Shown: one piece after another, positions 1 through 10,589 of the stretch
Layout of the letters: the number at the start of each line of letters is the position of its first letter
Numbering within the stretch: position 1 is the stretch's first letter
Sequence record: NC_048045.1
Reading direction: 5' to 3' (one strand)
Length of the DNA: 64,000 nucleotides
Notes under the pieces: generated by a model
Database searches by the model: none
What the model was told of the DNA's origin: nothing
Seen by the model: only the letters and a program-made list of their open reading frames with translations
Translations under genes and position numbers: made by a program

Positions 1-3000
1 AAGGCGACCATCGCCTCCATGGGCGATCGCGTGTACGCGACGGCGGGTCAGCACCTGGGCCAGACCGAGAGCAAGGACGCCGCGTCGCTGCAAGCCTACT
101 TCAAGGCCAACGGCGTCACCATCGACCCCAAGAAGCTGTCCTGGTGCGCGGCCTTCGTCAACGCCGTTCTGAACCAGAACGGTTTGGCGGGCACGGGCGA
201 CCTGCGCGCCTCCTCGTTCAAGGATTACGGCTCGGAAGTTTCGCGCCAGGACGCCCGCAAGGGCGACATCGTCGTGCTCAAGCCCCAGGCTCCGGGCGCG
301 ACCGGTCATGTGGGCTTCCTCGACAGCTTCGACAAGAACGGTCGCGTCAACATCCTGGGCGGCAACCAAAGCGATTCGGTCAAGGTCTCGTCGTTTGCCG
401 CCGATCAGGTCGTGTCGTTCCGTCGCACGGGCTCGGGCGGCGCAGCCGGCGGCATGGACCCCAACTTCCTGGGCGGCGCGATCAAGGACGGCCAGGGCGA
501 AGAGGGCGGCTCGCGCTACGAGCGCCGCATGAACGCCTTCAAGTCGCTCGGCACCATCACCGGGCAGGCCTCCCCGGCGGCCGATGCCCTGGCCGACTAC
601 CAGAGCAACCTCGAAAAGCTGCGCGACATCATCGTCTCGGAAGAGAAGCTGATGAAGGACGTCGGCGGCGACGGGGAGTCGTTCTTCAACAAGACCAACC
701 TGGAGGCGCTGGCCGCCGCCCAGAAGAAGTGGAACCGGTCGATCACCGAGGCGCTGAACCCGATCGCCAAGGAAGCCCGCACCCTGGCGGAAGGCAATGA
801 CGTCCTGGAACTGCGCGCCAAGGGCCTGTCGCAGGAAGCCGACTGGCAAGAGCGCCTGACGGAACTGCGCAACTCCGGCCTGAACGTCGACCTCATGCAG
901 GACGAGGCCAAGTGGACCCAGTACCTGAACGAGTTGAAGAAGCAGGGCCTGGAGATCGACGTCAAGGCCCTGCAACTGAAGCCGGACGAACTGCGCTACC
1001 AGCAGGGCCGCCAGGACGCGCTCCAGGCTGAACTCGACCTGACCAAGGCGCTGAACGACGCCAAGCAGGCTCAGGTCGCGCGCACCGGCTCCAGCTACGA
1101 TCGGACCCTGTCGGGCCTGATCGGCGGCAAGAGCAAGGACGGCGAAAGCCTGATGCAAACCCAACAGCGTCTGGCCGGCTCCGTCGGTTCGGACGGCCGT
1201 AACGCCCTGGAGGCTCTGCAAGAGACCGCCGGCGTGATGGAAAGCTCGCGCTTGGCCGACGCCAAGGCCAGCATGCAGTCGCAGCTTCAGATCATGCGCG
1301 AAAGCGCGCGCCTGAACAACAGCCAGCGCGGCGTCTACGAGGACTATCGCAACATCCTGGGCGAACTGCTCAACAAGCAGGGCGCCTCGCTGAAGGAACT
1401 GCTCGACTCCGCCGACGAGCAGACCAAGCAGCTTGCCCAATCGTTCGTCAAGGCCAAGCAGGAGTTCGAGAACCCGCCGGGCTTCCAGAAGTGGGCGGAC
1501 GCCCTGGAGCCGCTCGACAAGCGCCTCCAGGACATCAAGTCGCAGTTCATGGACGATCTGGGCGGCGGCATCACCGACGCGCTGCTCGGCGAGAAGGTTG
1601 ATTGGCGCGGCATGCTCCACGAGACCTTCAAGAAGCAGCTTCGCGCTCAGGTCGACGAAGGCTTGAAGAACGTCACCTACCTGCTGACCGGCCAGGACCC
1701 CAACGCGGCTGCGGCCAAGACGCCGGAAGCCCAGGCCCTGGTCTCGGCGGCCGACGTCCAGAAGCAGGCTGGTGACACGCTTCAGCAGGCCGCCAATAGC
1801 CTGCTCCAGGTCGCTCAGGGCGGAACGCCCGGCGCGCCGGGCATGATGCCGGGCGCCACGGGTCCCATGGGGGCGATGACCTCGGCGATCCAGCCGGGCA
1901 TGACCCCGATGCAGGGCCTCGCCGCGCAAGGCATCAACAGCGCGGTCCAGGGCGTGGGCTCGCTGATCGGCGGCGACCCGACCCAGCACACCGGCGCGCG
2001 CAGCTTCGGCCAGCGCGTGGGCGGCATCCTGTCGAGCGTCGGCAGCATGTTCGGCTTTGGCGGCGGCCGTCCCACGGCGATCGCGCCGGGCGGGCTGGGC
2101 GCCATTGGCGAGACCAAGACCTCGGGCGGGCTCTTCGGTGCCTTCATGAAGGCCAACAACGGCATCACCGGGTTCCAGAAGACCTCGACCCCGGTCGGCG
2201 GCATCTCTTCGGCTGGCGGCTCGACCGCGATCTCCGACGCCCTGACCATGGGCGGCGACCTGTCGCGCAACGCGGGCATGTCCAACGCGCTGTCGATCGG
2301 CAGCGCCACCATCTCGATCGGCAGCGCCAACATCTCCGGCGGCGGCCTGGGTGGTGGCGGCGGTGGAGCCGGCGGCGCGGGTGGTGCTCCGGGCGGCATG
2401 GGCATGATGGGCGGCGGCGGCCTGGGCGGGCTGCTGGGCAACCTCAACACCAGCACCGTGGGCGTCGGCGACAACATGCTGAGCGCCCTGACCATGGACG
2501 GCTCGGGCGGACCGGGCTTCATGCCCGCCGGCTCGGGCCTTATGAACCTGTTCGGCGGCGGCGGCGGCGGTGGCTTTGGCGGCGGCGCGGACCTGTCGGG
2601 CCTGACCAACAATGCCGTCGGCATCGGCGACAACATGCTGACCCCGTTCATGATGGACGGCTCGGGCGGTCCCGGCTTCCAGGCGGCGGGCACTGCCCTG
2701 CAAAACCTGAACATCGGCGGCCAGGGCGGCGGCTTCATGAGCATGCTGTCGAACTTCGGTCCCATGCTGCAAGGCGCGATGAGCTTTGCCGGCCCGCTGC
2801 TGGGTGCCCTGCTGACGGGCGGCAAGAAGCGCAACAACGCTCCGGACACTTATCGCACGCCCAACGGCGTGTTCGGTCAGGCCAGCCAGAACGCCGTCAC
2901 CGGGCGCCTGCTCGGCCCGCGCAAGAACATCTTCGGCGAGATCGCCAACATGGCGTTCCAGGCGTTCACGGGCGGCATGGGCGGCATGGGCGGCGGCGGT

Positions 3001-3402
3001 CCGATGTCGATGATGAGTATGTTCGGTGGCGGCGGCGGCGGCGGGTTCATGGGCTTCAAGGAGGGCGGCTACACCAACGCCCCGGTGACCCACTACTCGG
3101 CCGCGTCGCTGTTCGCGGGCGCCCCGCATTACGCCGAGGGTACGCCCAACACCAGCCTCGCTAATGGCGGTATGCCGGCCATCGTTCACCCGGACGAAGC
3201 CGTGATCCCGCTGTCGCGCGGCCGGAACATCCCGGTCGAATTGAACGGCGCCGGCGGCGGCCATTCCACGACGGTGATCTCGCCGATCACGGTCTACGCC
3301 AACGACGCCGACAGCTTCCGCCCGGCCCAGGCTCAGATCGCCCGCAAGCAGAACAAGACCCTGCGCCGCGCGGCCCTGCGCAACGCCACCATGGCGGCCT
3401 AA
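1..3402 (+). CDS. Tape measure protein, C-terminal part (5' end outside window), with CHAP/TIGR02594-like cell-wall hydrolase domain
   Basis: Frame is open upstream of the ATG at 19. WCAAFVNAVL...GHVGF is a Cys/His amidase-type motif, followed by a long helical region and a Gly/Met-rich tail. Lies directly before the distal tail gene. Confidence 0.8.
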   Translation, partial: KATIASMGDRVYATAGQHLGQTESKDAASLQAYFKANGVTIDPKKLSWCAAFVNAVLNQNGLAGTGDLRASSFKDYGSEVSRQDARKGDIVVLKPQAPGATGHVGFLDSFDKNGRVNILGGNQSDSVKVSSFAADQVVSFRRTGSGGAAGGMDPNFLGGAIKDGQGEEGGSRYERRMNAFKSLGTITGQASPAADALADYQSNLEKLRDIIVSEEKLMKDVGGDGESFFNKTNLEALAAAQKKWNRSITEALNPIAKEARTLAEGNDVLELRAKGLSQEADWQERLTELRNSGLNVDLMQDEAKWTQYLNELKKQGLEIDVKALQLKPDELRYQQGRQDALQAELDLTKALNDAKQAQVARTGSSYDRTLSGLIGGKSKDGESLMQTQQRLAGSVGSDGRNALEALQETAGVMESSRLADAKASMQSQLQIMRESARLNNSQRGVYEDYRNILGELLNKQGASLKELLDSADEQTKQLAQSFVKAKQEFENPPGFQKWADALEPLDKRLQDIKSQFMDDLGGGITDALLGEKVDWRGMLHETFKKQLRAQVDEGLKNVTYLLTGQDPNAAAAKTPEAQALVSAADVQKQAGDTLQQAANSLLQVAQGGTPGAPGMMPGATGPMGAMTSAIQPGMTPMQGLAAQGINSAVQGVGSLIGGDPTQHTGARSFGQRVGGILSSVGSMFGFGGGRPTAIAPGGLGAIGETKTSGGLFGAFMKANNGITGFQKTSTPVGGISSAGGSTAISDALTMGGDLSRNAGMSNALSIGSATISIGSANISGGGLGGGGGGAGGAGGAPGGMGMMGGGGLGGLLGNLNTSTVGVGDNMLSALTMDGSGGPGFMPAGSGLMNLFGGGGGGGFGGGADLSGLTNNAVGIGDNMLTPFMMDGSGGPGFQAAGTALQNLNIGGQGGGFMSMLSNFGPMLQGAMSFAGPLLGALLTGGKKRNNAPDTYRTPNGVFGQASQNAVTGRLLGPRKNIFGEIANMAFQAFTGGMGGMGGGGPMSMMSMFGGGGGGGFMGFKEGGYTNAPVTHYSAASLFAGAPHYAEGTPNTSLANGGMPAIVHPDEAVIPLSRGRNIPVELNGAGGGHSTTVISPITVYANDADSFRPAQAQIARKQNKTLRRAALRNATMAA

Positions 3403-3418
3403 CGACATCACCCACGAC

Positions 3419-3458
3419 TGTCGTGAATCTTGACGTCCCTGGATGGTCGTGGCATCCA
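3419..3458 (+). promoter_or_regulatory. Promoter with GTCGTGAATC-TTGAC motif
   Basis: TGTCGTGAATCTTGACG, 17-nt spacer, CATCCA; intergenic upstream of the distal tail gene. Confidence 0.6.
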
Positions 3459-3486
3459 GGGACTCCCTTCTCGCATGGTTAACGTG

Positions 3487-4143
3487 ATGCCGAACTACAG
3501 CTTCCACGACGTGCTGTTCCCCGAGACCATCAGCTACGGCTCGTCGGGCGGTCCGAAGTTCAAGACCACGATCTTCCAGGCCGACTCGGGCTACGAGCAG
3601 CGCAACAAGGACTGGAGCGACGTGCGGCACGAGTACGATGTCGCCCAGTCGATCCGCTCGACCGAGGACATGGAAGAACTGCGAGCCTTCTTCATGGCCC
3701 GCAACGGCCGCGCCCACGGCTTCCGCTACAAGGACTGGGGCGACTTCCGCCTGAAGAACCAGTTGATCGGCGTCGGCGACGGCGTCACCAAGACCTTCCA
3801 GATCGTCAAGACCTACACCAGCACCGGGCACGACGGCACCGACTACACCTATACTCGCAACATCCGCAAGCCCAAGTGGGACTCGATCGCCGGCGTCAAA
3901 GTCGGGCCGGTCGTCCAGGTGGCTCCGACCAACTACGAGGTCGACTATTCGACCGGCCTGATGACCTTCGTCAACGCGCCCGCGCCCGACGCGCCAGTCA
4001 CCATTGGCCTGGGCGAGTTTCACGTCCCCGTGCGCTTCGACACGGACATGATGGACGTGACCCAGGAATTCTGGATGCGCGAGACGTGGCCCAACATCGC
4101 CATCGTCGAAATCCGCGACTATCAGGAGATCATCCTCCCGTGA
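3487..4143 (+). CDS. Distal tail protein, DUF2460/TIGR02217 (GTA-like)
   Basis: FHDVLFP...SGGPKFKT...SGYEQRN, GRAHGFRYKDW and VPVRFDTD motifs typical of DUF2460. ATG 3487 preferred to the upstream TTG. Confidence 0.85.
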   Translation: MPNYSFHDVLFPETISYGSSGGPKFKTTIFQADSGYEQRNKDWSDVRHEYDVAQSIRSTEDMEELRAFFMARNGRAHGFRYKDWGDFRLKNQLIGVGDGVTKTFQIVKTYTSTGHDGTDYTYTRNIRKPKWDSIAGVKVGPVVQVAPTNYEVDYSTGLMTFVNAPAPDAPVTIGLGEFHVPVRFDTDMMDVTQEFWMRETWPNIAIVEIRDYQEIILP

Positions 4144-5765
4144 AATCCGTCCCGCCGCTCCTGATGGAGCACATCCAGCAGGAGGTGACGACGCTGGCGA
4201 CCTGCATCACGATCGTGCGGCAGGACGGCAAGGCCTTCTTCTTGACCGACCACGACCGGCCGATCCTGTTCGAGAACCAGCACTTCGTCCCCTACGACTC
4301 CTACCAGCGCACCTCGATCCTGATGTCGTCGGAACTCGAAGTCGACACCGCCGACATCACCGCCTTCCTGACCTCCGATGGCGTCACCCGCGACGACGTG
4401 GCCTCAGGCCTGTTCGACTATGCCGCGATCAAGGTGCAGTTGCTCAACTACACCAGCCCGCAGGACGGCGCGATCCTGCTGCGCAAGGGCACCTTCGGCG
4501 AAGTGGTGATGAATCAGGACGAGACGTTCACGGCCGAAATTCGCGGCCTGACCCAGGTCCTGACCTATCGGGTGGGCGAGTCCTACGCGCCCGAGTGTCG
4601 CGCCGACCTGGGCGATCGCCGCTGCAAGATCGGCCTGATGCCTGCGGAATGGCAGGGCAACACCTATTACGCCACCAGCACCTGCGTGCTGGGCGAGGTC
4701 TCGGCCGCCAACTCCTTCGTCAACCTCGACGTCATCAACTGGAGCTTCGAGTCCGGCGACCTCAACACCGTCGTCACCGCGCCGGCGGGCTGGGTGGCCT
4801 ATGGCGATCCGACCAGCCGCTGGGTCTACAAGCACGACTGGTACAACCTTTTTCGCCCGCAACTGGGTGACAAGTTCATCGCCGCCACCCGCACGTCGAT
4901 CGACGACAAGCAGGAGATCGCCGGCATGTTCCAGGACATCAGCCTCCTCAGTGCTGGCGTCTCCGAAGAAGACCTCGATTCGGGCCTCTGCCGCGTCCGC
5001 TACAAGTCGTTCGTCGCGTGCCTCAACAACCGCGCCCAGTCGCGCGAGCGCCTGACCTGCATCAAGGTCGACGGGTCGGTCGAGACGATCTGGGACACCG
5101 GCGAGAAGAAGTACCCCGAGGACCGCTGGGTCGCCGTCAACGCCGACGACGTCCTTATCCCGGCCGGCACCCGAACCCTGCGCATCGACCTGTGGTCCAA
5201 GAAGCGCAATGTCCACGAAGAGGGCGTCGCCTACGACGGCATCAAGGCCTCGATCAACCTGCCCGACGGCACGGCCGGCAATGCCGACGTCTATGGTGGG
5301 GTGATGTTCAAGTGCATCCAGGCGGGCGTCAGCGGCGACACGCCTCCCGAATGGACCAACGAGATCGGCGCCACCTTCAACGACGGCACCGTCATCTGGC
5401 AGTGCGTCACCAACTACAAGCGCGTGGGCACGGTCGACACGGTCGACTCCAACAAGTCCTTCACCCCTGAGGGTATCGGCGAGCAGGGCGGCTTCTACGA
5501 CGGCGGCGTTCTCTACTGGGAGACCGGGCGCAACGCCGGCCGCGCCCAGGAGATCAAGCTCTGGTCGGGCGGGGTCTTCACGCTCTTCCAGCGTACCTAC
5601 TACCCGATCACCGAGGGCGACCGCTTCGTGGTCTATCCCGGCTGCGACAAGCGTCGCAGCACCTGCGGCGACAAGTTCAACAACATCCTCAACTTCCGCG
5701 CCGAGCCCGACGTGCCCGGCCAGGACATCTACTATCGCACGCCCAACGCGCCGGAGCAGGAATGA
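4140..5765 (+). CDS. Baseplate hub-like tail protein (DUF2163/BR0599 family) with internal insertion
   Basis: GTG start overlaps upstream TGA. FLTDHDR, CRADLGDRRC and PGCDKRRSTCGDKFNNILNFRAEPDVPG motifs. Confidence 0.8.
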   Translation: MKSVPPLLMEHIQQEVTTLATCITIVRQDGKAFFLTDHDRPILFENQHFVPYDSYQRTSILMSSELEVDTADITAFLTSDGVTRDDVASGLFDYAAIKVQLLNYTSPQDGAILLRKGTFGEVVMNQDETFTAEIRGLTQVLTYRVGESYAPECRADLGDRRCKIGLMPAEWQGNTYYATSTCVLGEVSAANSFVNLDVINWSFESGDLNTVVTAPAGWVAYGDPTSRWVYKHDWYNLFRPQLGDKFIAATRTSIDDKQEIAGMFQDISLLSAGVSEEDLDSGLCRVRYKSFVACLNNRAQSRERLTCIKVDGSVETIWDTGEKKYPEDRWVAVNADDVLIPAGTRTLRIDLWSKKRNVHEEGVAYDGIKASINLPDGTAGNADVYGGVMFKCIQAGVSGDTPPEWTNEIGATFNDGTVIWQCVTNYKRVGTVDTVDSNKSFTPEGIGEQGGFYDGGVLYWETGRNAGRAQEIKLWSGGVFTLFQRTYYPITEGDRFVVYPGCDKRRSTCGDKFNNILNFRAEPDVPGQDIYYRTPNAPEQE

Positions 5766-6187
5766 CCCGCGACGACATCGTGACCGAAGCGCGCCGCTAT
5801 GTGGCGCTCCAAACCCCCTGGCGCCATCGGGGTCGCACCGAACGCGGCCTCGACTGCATCGGGCTGGCGGTGATGATCTTCGAGAAGTACAACCTGGAGT
5901 ACATGGATCAGGATGGCTACGCGCGCACGCCCGACGGCGAGCGGTTCGTCGATGTGATCAAGGCCCACATGACCCTGGCCGACCCCACCGACCTCAAGCC
6001 CGGCATGTTGGTCCTGTTCAACGACGATGCCCGGCCCTGCCATGTGGGCATCCTGGCCCAGAAGCATGGGGTCATGACCCTGATCCACGCGACCGCCGAT
6101 AAGAAGCGCACGGTCGAAGAAATCTATGATCGCCGCTACGCCGCCCGGTTCCGGATGGCGTTCGATTTCCCCGGCGTTGAGGACTAA
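5762..6187 (+). CDS. NlpC/P60 family tail-associated peptidase
   Basis: TPWRHRGR...GLDCIGL (catalytic Cys), CHVGIL (His), IHA; GTA-like gene order. Confidence 0.85.
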   Translation: MTRDDIVTEARRYVALQTPWRHRGRTERGLDCIGLAVMIFEKYNLEYMDQDGYARTPDGERFVDVIKAHMTLADPTDLKPGMLVLFNDDARPCHVGILAQKHGVMTLIHATADKKRTVEEIYDRRYAARFRMAFDFPGVED

Positions 6188-6189
6188 GC

Positions 6190-9100
6190 ATGGGCGCAGC
6201 TATTGCTCTTCCGATCGTCTCGGCCATTGTCAGTACGGCGATCAGCTACATCTTCCCGGACGAAGGTCCGCGCCTGCGCGACACCAAGGTCTCGGCCTCG
6301 ACCTACGGCAACGTGATTCCCGAAATCTTCGGGACCGCGCGCGTGGCCGGCAACATGATCTGGTCCAAGCCCTTCACCGAGAAGAAGAAGAAGAAGCGCG
6401 CCGGCAAGGGCGGCTCCTACTACAACCAGTACACCTACTTCTGCGACTTCGCGATGGGCTTCTGCAAGGGTCCGGTCAAGGAGGTGCGGCGCATCTGGGC
6501 CGACGGCAAGGTGATCTACGACACCACCGGCGGCTCGGAGGTCGTCGATAACAACAAGTACCGCTTCCGCTTCTACGCCGGCGATGAAGAGCAGCTTCCC
6601 GACAGCCTCGTTTCGGAAGACAAGGGCCTGGACTACGCGCCGGCCTATCGCGGGCTCTGCTACGTCGTGTTCGACGACTTCGCCCTGGCCGATTTCGGCA
6701 ACCGCATCCCCCAGATCATGGCCGAGGTCTATGCCGGCGACGAGGGCGGCACGGCGATCACCGACGTCACCTCGCTCGGCGACGACACGCCCCAACCGGG
6801 CGGCTCCTTCGCCCTGGACCAGTGCATCATCGACACCGACCGGGGCTATTTCTACCTCGTCGACCAAATCTCCGACCCGCGTGGCGGCGTGCTGCGCCGC
6901 TTCCTGCTGTCGAACGGCAAGGAAGATCGGCGCGAACTGGTGCAGGTGGCGCCCAAGACGTCGCCGTCGGTCTACGACAGCCCGGCCCTGACCTCCGTGC
7001 GCGGCTTGACGTCGAAGGGCGAACTGCTCTGCGTGTTCGGCGGCATCAACAACTACATGCGGATCGAGAAGCTCGATCCCTATTCCTGGACCTCGCTGGG
7101 GACGGTGGGGCGCAGCTTCCCGTTCGAAAATCCCGACCGCCCCGACTTTAGCCTGGAGTTCTCGAACGCCGACTTCAAGACCTCGCGCGACGACAAGGGC
7201 AACTACCTGACCCTGACGCTGGGCATCTTCGGCGAGTACAACATCTTCGACCCGACCAGTATGACCTACGTGTCCAAGGGGCACATGGCTGGCTGGAATG
7301 GTCCAGGCACGCCGATGTACATTACCGCGCGCCAGGGCGGCTCGCCGAGCGCGCGCCGCTTCTATCACGTCACCTACGACGGCGGCCCGACTCTGTCGGT
7401 GTGCAGCCTGGGTGAGACCCTCTACCATCACCCCCTGCCTCATCCGGGGCCGGCCGGCGCGACCGGCTGGGCCTTCTGGGACGAGGGTGATCCGGGCGTG
7501 GTCTTCTTCTACACCGACGGCAACCAGGATCGCTATCTGGCCAAGTGGTCGGAGACGACCGGCGCCCTGGCGTGGCAGACCCAACTCCGCAACAGCGACC
7601 CGGTCTGCGGCTATCCGGTCTGGGGCATGGACGCGCGGATCAAGGACAACGAACTCCACTGGGTCTATATCGACCACCTGTTCTCGATCAACACCTCGAC
7701 GGGCAAGTGGATCGACCGCACCTTCGACCAGGACTTCTACAAGACCACGAACGACAAAACCGCCGACCAAGTCAATGACGGCGATCGCGGCCAGTTGCTG
7801 TCCCGCGAGGTCGCCTACGACCACGTCATCTACGACCCGCGCCGCAACATCGTCATCGGCCTGGGCAACCCCCAGGTCACCAACGGCATCGTGCATGTCG
7901 GGGCCTATACCGGGCAGAAGACCAACGTCGGCCGCATCGTCGAGCAGTTGCTGGTCACCACGGGGCAGTTGACCTCCAACGACTACGACCTGACGCCGCT
8001 CTACGAAATCCCCGTGCGCGGCTACGGCTATGCGACCTCGACCGACGTCAAGTCGATCATCTCCGAACTGCGCAACCTGTTCATGTTCGACCTCGTCGAA
8101 AGCGACGGCAAGCTGGTGGCGCGCGTGCGCGGCGACCAGGAGGCGGACGCCGAGGTCCCCTGGCAGCTTCTCGGCTCCCAGAGCGGCCCCAGCGACGACA
8201 AGGCCGAATACTGGAAGGAGACGCGGATGTCGGAGTCCGATCTCCCGTCCGCGATCGACCTGACCTACATGAACATCGACGACGACTACAACCCGTCGAC
8301 GGCCAAGTCCAAGCGCATCTCCTCGCCGGTGGCGACCATGATGTCGCGCCAGCAGGTCAAGACCGAGTGCAACCTCGTCATGGACGCGACCGAGGCCAAG
8401 AACCGCGTCAACATCATGCTCTACACCCAGTGGGACGAGCGCACCCAGCACAACACCGCCCTGCCCTGGGCGTTCGCGCACCTGGACGCCTCCGACCTCA
8501 TCTCGGTGACCATGGAGGACGGCCGCAACTACTTCGACCGCATCGGCTCGATCGAGTTCGGTGCCGACTTCTCCTCGCGCCTGGAGACCTACGGCACCGA
8601 CAGCGGCGCCTACCTGTCCGAGAAGGTCGGTGACGGCGGCGGCGCGGGTCGCCCGACCGTGGTTCATGCGCCCAAGCCGGTCGTGGGCTTCATCATGAAC
8701 CTGCCGCTGCTGCGCGACACCCACGACACCGGCGCCAACTTCTCCAACTGGTACAGCGCCATCGGCCAGGGCGCGCCGGGCACCTTCTATGGCGGGACGA
8801 TGTTCAAGTCCGCCAACAGCCAGGACTACGTCGATCTCTACCAGGAGACCGAGAGCGCCGAGTGGGGCACCGTCAAGGGGATCGTCCCGCCGGCCTCGCG
8901 CGGCTGGTTCGCGCTGGACTGGGAGACCAAGATCACCATCGTCCCGGCGGTCGAGTTCTTCGAACTGGAGTCGATCACCGACGACGAACTGTGGGAAGGC
9001 CAGAACGGCTTCGTGGTCGGTAACGAGGTCATGCAGTTCCGCGACGCGGTTGAGAACGCCGACGGGACCTGGACGATCTGGAACCTGCTGCGCGGCCGGC

Positions 9101-9672
9101 GCGGGACGCAGTACGCCTGCGACACCCACGTCGCGGGCGAGAAGTTCATCTTCCTGGACGAGCGCTCGCTCGAACTCCAGGCCGAGAACCTCGACACCGC
9201 CGGGCAGAACCGCTGGTACAAGGCGGTCGGCTCGGGCATGTCGCTGTTCGAGACCGACGCCACCCAGATCAACTACCAGCCGCGCGACCTCATGCCCTAC
9301 CGGCCGTCGGACATCCGCCGCGCGATCGCCGGCGGGGACGTGACGGTCACCTGGAAGCGCCGCACGCGCTTCACCGCCACCATGAAGGACGGCACGGGCG
9401 TGGTTCCGGTCAACGAGGGCAGCGAAGCCTACGAGGCCTATGTGCTGGCCACGGCGTTCACGGGTGACCCTTCGCGTCAGGACGCGCCGGCGACTTTCGT
9501 GCGGAAATACGACCTGACGAGCCCCACCTTCACCTATACGGCGGCCGAGCAGACGGCCGATGGATTTGACGTGAATCTTGACACTCTCCACGTCGTGATC
9601 TATCAGTTGAGTTCGGCTGTTGGTCGGGGTTTCCCCGGCGCTCGCTCGATCGAGTCCTGGCAGGACTTCTAA
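6190..9672 (+). CDS. Tail tip / central fibre (host-specificity J-like, GTA orf15-like)
   Basis: STYGNVIPEIFGTARVAGNMIW, PAYRGLCYVVF, DFGNRIPQI and LLRGRRGT motifs; 1160 aa. Confidence 0.8.
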   Translation: MGAAIALPIVSAIVSTAISYIFPDEGPRLRDTKVSASTYGNVIPEIFGTARVAGNMIWSKPFTEKKKKKRAGKGGSYYNQYTYFCDFAMGFCKGPVKEVRRIWADGKVIYDTTGGSEVVDNNKYRFRFYAGDEEQLPDSLVSEDKGLDYAPAYRGLCYVVFDDFALADFGNRIPQIMAEVYAGDEGGTAITDVTSLGDDTPQPGGSFALDQCIIDTDRGYFYLVDQISDPRGGVLRRFLLSNGKEDRRELVQVAPKTSPSVYDSPALTSVRGLTSKGELLCVFGGINNYMRIEKLDPYSWTSLGTVGRSFPFENPDRPDFSLEFSNADFKTSRDDKGNYLTLTLGIFGEYNIFDPTSMTYVSKGHMAGWNGPGTPMYITARQGGSPSARRFYHVTYDGGPTLSVCSLGETLYHHPLPHPGPAGATGWAFWDEGDPGVVFFYTDGNQDRYLAKWSETTGALAWQTQLRNSDPVCGYPVWGMDARIKDNELHWVYIDHLFSINTSTGKWIDRTFDQDFYKTTNDKTADQVNDGDRGQLLSREVAYDHVIYDPRRNIVIGLGNPQVTNGIVHVGAYTGQKTNVGRIVEQLLVTTGQLTSNDYDLTPLYEIPVRGYGYATSTDVKSIISELRNLFMFDLVESDGKLVARVRGDQEADAEVPWQLLGSQSGPSDDKAEYWKETRMSESDLPSAIDLTYMNIDDDYNPSTAKSKRISSPVATMMSRQQVKTECNLVMDATEAKNRVNIMLYTQWDERTQHNTALPWAFAHLDASDLISVTMEDGRNYFDRIGSIEFGADFSSRLETYGTDSGAYLSEKVGDGGGAGRPTVVHAPKPVVGFIMNLPLLRDTHDTGANFSNWYSAIGQGAPGTFYGGTMFKSANSQDYVDLYQETESAEWGTVKGIVPPASRGWFALDWETKITIVPAVEFFELESITDDELWEGQNGFVVGNEVMQFRDAVENADGTWTIWNLLRGRRGTQYACDTHVAGEKFIFLDERSLELQAENLDTAGQNRWYKAVGSGMSLFETDATQINYQPRDLMPYRPSDIRRAIAGGDVTVTWKRRTRFTATMKDGTGVVPVNEGSEAYEAYVLATAFTGDPSRQDAPATFVRKYDLTSPTFTYTAAEQTADGFDVNLDTLHVVIYQLSSAVGRGFPGARSIESWQDF
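9568..9606 (+). promoter_or_regulatory. Motif promoter embedded in the 3' end of the tail-tip gene
   Basis: GACGTGAATCTTGACA-N17-TATCAG inside the CDS, in a locally AT-richer stretch upstream of the fibre genes. Confidence 0.45.
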
Positions 9673-9692
9673 GCTCCCTTTCCACAATCCCA

Positions 9693-9718
9693 CCGATCCC
9701 GGAGCGATCCGGGATCGG
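9693..9718. terminator. GCGA-tetraloop hairpin (terminator or processing site; no U-tract)
   Basis: CCGATCCCGGA-GCGA-TCCGGGATCGG, perfect 11-bp stem. Confidence 0.45.
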
Positions 9719-9743
9719 CCCTTGTCATAAAAGCCGTGGAACG

Positions 9744-10589
9744 ATGACCGACTACACGCCGATCCTGGGCATCCCCGAAGTCGCGCCCAACCAGAACCAA
9801 AAAGAAGACACGATCAACACCGGCTTCGCGATTCTGGAGGCGGCGCAGAACGACGACGTCCAGATCACGGTGACGTCCGGGACCTACAACGTCACCGCCG
9901 ACCAGTTCACCAAGGCCTTCGTGCATCGGTATTCGGGGCACGCCGACGCCACCGTGGTCGCGGTGATCCCGACCTCCGCCCGCTGGTTTGCCCTGTCGAA
10001 CGAAGGCGGGTTCGCCATGGGTCTGAAGGTCTTCGGGCAGGTGCCCGTCGTGACCATCCAGCCGGGCAAGATCGTCCTCTTCCAGTCCGACGGCGTCACC
10101 CTGCGCGCAGTGTCCGAGGGTGTCAGCCGCATCTTCGATCTCTCCGACGTCGACGGCTCCGATACGCCCTCCAACGGCCAGACCCTGGTCTGGAACTCGA
10201 CCTCCGGTCAGTTCGAGCCGGCCGATCTCCCGGCCGACGTCGATTTCTGGACGAGCGGGGCCACGGCCGGCAGCGGCGTGGTTCTGCGCAAGCTCTTCCT
10301 GCGGCCGGTGCGCTTCCTGGCCGATTTCCTGGGCTCGATCGCTAAGGCGGGCGTCGCCGCCACCGGCAGCGCCGTCTTCACGGTCAAGAAGACCACGGGC
10401 GTGACGACCACCAACGTCGGCACCATCACCTTCACCGGAACCACCGCCACCTTCTCCACCGATGTCGGGGCGGGTTCGGTCACCGTCAATTTCGGCGCCG
10501 GCGACATCATGACCATCACCGGTCCCGCCTCCGCCAACGCCACCCTCGCTGACATCGTCGCTTCCCTCAAGGGCGTCATCCTGCAATGA
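9744..10589 (+). CDS. DUF2793-like tail fibre-associated protein
   Basis: N-terminus MTDYTPILGIPEVAPNQNQKEDTIN resembles the DUF2793 anchor; paralogous to the N-terminus of the next gene. Confidence 0.6.
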   Translation: MTDYTPILGIPEVAPNQNQKEDTINTGFAILEAAQNDDVQITVTSGTYNVTADQFTKAFVHRYSGHADATVVAVIPTSARWFALSNEGGFAMGLKVFGQVPVVTIQPGKIVLFQSDGVTLRAVSEGVSRIFDLSDVDGSDTPSNGQTLVWNSTSGQFEPADLPADVDFWTSGATAGSGVVLRKLFLRPVRFLADFLGSIAKAGVAATGSAVFTVKKTTGVTTTNVGTITFTGTTATFSTDVGAGSVTVNFGAGDIMTITGPASANATLADIVASLKGVILQ

